DNA of 62,438 nt, counting the filler, from Candidatus Methanoxibalbensis ujae (GTDB lineage Archaea; Halobacteriota; Syntropharchaeia; Alkanophagales; Methanospirareceae): assembly GCA_026134085.1 (NCBI GenBank). It is 4 parts of 4 records of this genome, joined end to end, with 100 filler letters (N's around TTAATTAATTAA, not from the genome) between each part and the next. Parts side by side here need not be neighbours in the genome. Positions count along the whole stretch, not along the records: positions 52,951 to 62,438 come from JAOQIN010000005.1; 3 more parts are not named here. The stretch is one strand, 5' to 3'. The notes below the pieces were generated by a model that saw only the letters and a list, made by a program, of their open reading frames with translations, did no database searches and had not been told where the DNA came from. Numbering within the stretch: the first letter of the stretch is position 1; each line of letters starts with the position of its first letter. The position numbers and the translations under genes were made by a program. Positions 60,266-62,438 of the stretch are shown piece by piece.

Positions 60266-62438
60266 TCAAAGCAGTCCGAGGCTGCGTTCAAGTTGAATTC
60301 TGCGCTCAACCTGGGCGACGAGCATTCTTGTTGATATGACCACATCAGGGTTCACGCTTATGGAATCTATGCCGCATCTTACAAGGAATTCAGCGAAATC
60401 AGGATAAACGCTCGGTGCTTGACCGCATATGCTCACAGTGCATCCTTCCTCATGTGCCTTTCTTATGAAATATGCGATCGCACGCTTCACAGCCTCATCC
60501 CTCTCATCAAACAGCGGTGCCAGCTTTTCAGAATCGCGATCAACGCCGAGTATGAGCTGAGTGAGGTCATTGCTTCCTATGGAGAAGCCGTCAACGAGCT
60601 TGCTGAACTGGTCAACAAGTATCACATTTGAAGGGATTTCGCACATCAACCAGACCTTGAAGTCCCTGCCGCGCTCCAGACCCTCCTCAGCCATGAGCTT
60701 CAGTGTCATCTCCATTTCACGCACGGTTCTGCAGAAGGGAACCATGACCCACACGTTCCTCAGCTTCATCTCATCTCTCACTTCTTTCAAAGCACGCAGC
60801 TCAAGCCTGAAAGCGGGCTCAAACTCGGGATCTATGTATCTTGATGCACCTCTCCATCCGAGCATGGGGTTCGCCTCTTCAATCTCGTATTTCTCTCCTC
60901 CTCGCAGTGCCCGGTATTCATTTGTCTTGAAATCGCTGAAACGCAGCACAACTGGTCTCGGATAGAAAGCCCTGCCGACCATTGCGATGCCATCCGCGAG
61001 CGCATCTATGAATTTTCGCTCCTTTCCCTCCTCTATGAGCTTGAGAGGGTGTTCACCGATGTGAGATGATATTATGAACTCAATGCGCATCAGCCCAACA
61101 CCGTCGACAGGCAGCGCTGCTATTTTATCTGCGATGTCGGGAACGCCCAGATTGCACATGATTTTCGTCGCTGTGACAACGAACCTCGCGATGTCCTCCT
61201 CCCTCTCTCTCACGCCTGCCGCCACTGCAGCCTCTGCGCGCACCTCCTCCTCAGCGCCCACCTGCACAAGACCTTCATATACAATGCCTCTCTTCGCATC
61301 CACTGTGACCTCCTCACCATCTTTGAGAACAGAAGTTGCGTTTCCCGTGCCAACGATTGCCGGAATTCCGAGCTCACGCGAAACTATTGCTGCATGACAT
61401 GTCATGCCGCCCTCATCCGTGATTATGGCCTTGGCTCTCCGCATAGCAGGCACCCAGTCTGGAGATGTCATCCTTGTGACGAGGATGCGCCCACTTTCAA
61501 ACCTCTCTATATCAGAGGCATCACGCACAACCTGAACAATTCCATGCGCGATTCCAGGTGATGCGGCAAGCCCTCTCAGCACTATCCTTCCCTCACCGCT
61601 CACAGCTCTTTCACCGCTCCTTTCGCCGCCCCTTTCACCGCTCACAGAGACTTCACCGCTCACAGAGACGCCGGAGCCAGCTTCCACACTCACTTCAGCG
61701 CTCTTAACGCTCCACACAGTCTCAGGACGTGCCTGCAGTATGAATATATCATCAGTATCGCGGTCAATCGCCCATTCAATGTCCTGAGGAGTGCCGTAAT
61801 GCCGCTCTATCCTGACACCGAATTCAGCAAGCCTGCGTATTTGCTCGTCTGTGAGACATGGCACCTCTCTCATGTCCTCAGGAACTTCCTTCTCAACAGT
61901 TCCTGCGCTCTCAGAGCGTGTGAGCATTCTGTCCTTGTAGCCTATCTGACGCTCAACTATGGAGAGATCGCTCTTCCGCACAAAGAACCTGTCAGGGCGC
62001 ACAGAACCCTGAACTATCATCTCACCGAGTCCCCACGACCCCTCAATCACAACGACAGAAGTGTCGCCGCTCACGGGATTAATGGTGAACATGACGCCCG
62101 CTGTCCTGCTGTTCACCATTTTCTGAACAACGGCACAGAGCGCAACTTTCTCATGAGCAAAACCCTTCTCAACCCTGTATGCTATCGCTCTCGGCGTGAA
62201 AAGAGATGAAAAAGCCCTTTTCACAGCGTTGAGCACAGCATCTCCTCCACGAACATCAAGAAAAGTGTCCTGCTGCCCGGCAAAACTCGCACCAGGAAGG
62301 TCCTCAGCCGTCGCAGAGCTCCGCACAGCAACAAATGGGTCTTTCATACGCACTATCTCGCCCAACTTCTCGTAGTTTTTCAAAATTTCATCCCTTAAAT
62401 CTTCGGGATAATCACCGCTCTCTATGAGCTTCCTTATT
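60266..62438 (-). CDS. ppsA: Phosphoenolpyruvate synthase (5' end beyond window)
   Basis: VAVRSSATAEDLPGASFAGQQ, QARPETV, GGMTCHAAIVSRE, EEANPMLGWRG, FSIGSNDLTQ; frame open to window edge. Confidence 0.96.
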   Translation of the reverse strand, partial: IRKLIESGDYPEDLRDEILKNYEKLGEIVRMKDPFVAVRSSATAEDLPGASFAGQQDTFLDVRGGDAVLNAVKRAFSSLFTPRAIAYRVEKGFAHEKVALCAVVQKMVNSRTAGVMFTINPVSGDTSVVVIEGSWGLGEMIVQGSVRPDRFFVRKSDLSIVERQIGYKDRMLTRSESAGTVEKEVPEDMREVPCLTDEQIRRLAEFGVRIERHYGTPQDIEWAIDRDTDDIFILQARPETVWSVKSAEVSVEAGSGVSVSGEVSVSGERGGERSGERAVSGEGRIVLRGLAASPGIAHGIVQVVRDASDIERFESGRILVTRMTSPDWVPAMRRAKAIITDEGGMTCHAAIVSRELGIPAIVGTGNATSVLKDGEEVTVDAKRGIVYEGLVQVGAEEEVRAEAAVAAGVREREEDIARFVVTATKIMCNLGVPDIADKIAALPVDGVGLMRIEFIISSHIGEHPLKLIEEGKERKFIDALADGIAMVGRAFYPRPVVLRFSDFKTNEYRALRGGEKYEIEEANPMLGWRGASRYIDPEFEPAFRLELRALKEVRDEMKLRNVWVMVPFCRTVREMEMTLKLMAEEGLERGRDFKVWLMCEIPSNVILVDQFSKLVDGFSIGSNDLTQLILGVDRDSEKLAPLFDERDEAVKRAIAYFIRKAHEEGCTVSICGQAPSVYPDFAEFLVRCGIDSISVNPDVVISTRMLVAQVERRIQLERSLGLL

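Overview
Archaeal chromosomal scaffold of four contigs joined by three artificial 100-nt N/TTAATTAATTAA spacers (18578-18677, 36558-36657, 52851-52950), so adjacency across those gaps is unproven. Gene content (CdhA/CdhB CO dehydrogenase, an FrhB-type F420-binding protein, McrA-type YcaO, core methionine synthase, GyrA, Alba, RadA, TFB/Gar1, cohesin/dockerin surface proteins, a VPXXXP-CTERM protein) suggests an MCR-bearing Halobacteriota archaeon, possibly ANME-1 or an alkane-oxidising relative (inference). About 1-36 kb and 57-62 kb are housekeeping genes plus tRNA-Thr(UGU) and decayed IS200/IS605 (TnpB) and IS630 relics. About 37.5-52.8 kb is an AT-richer island of glycosylation genes followed by dense intact and decayed toxin-antitoxin modules, punctuated by four relic copies of the local NDP-sugar epimerase gene. 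About 53-58 kb encodes modular secreted proteins sharing nucleotide-identical modules. Main signals: an frhB-like-cdhA-cdhB unit without cdhCDE (candidate F420-coupled CODH); the epimerase-relic-punctuated TA array; short perfect tandem duplications at many gene boundaries alongside micro-deletion decay of pseudogenes; a zinc-ribbon-less TFB at the gar1-tfb locus; ycaO between two TnpB relics with tfuA apparently destroyed; and a homogenised cohesin-dockerin cluster. No CRISPR array, rRNA or integrase was seen. All family assignments are from motif recognition, not database searches.
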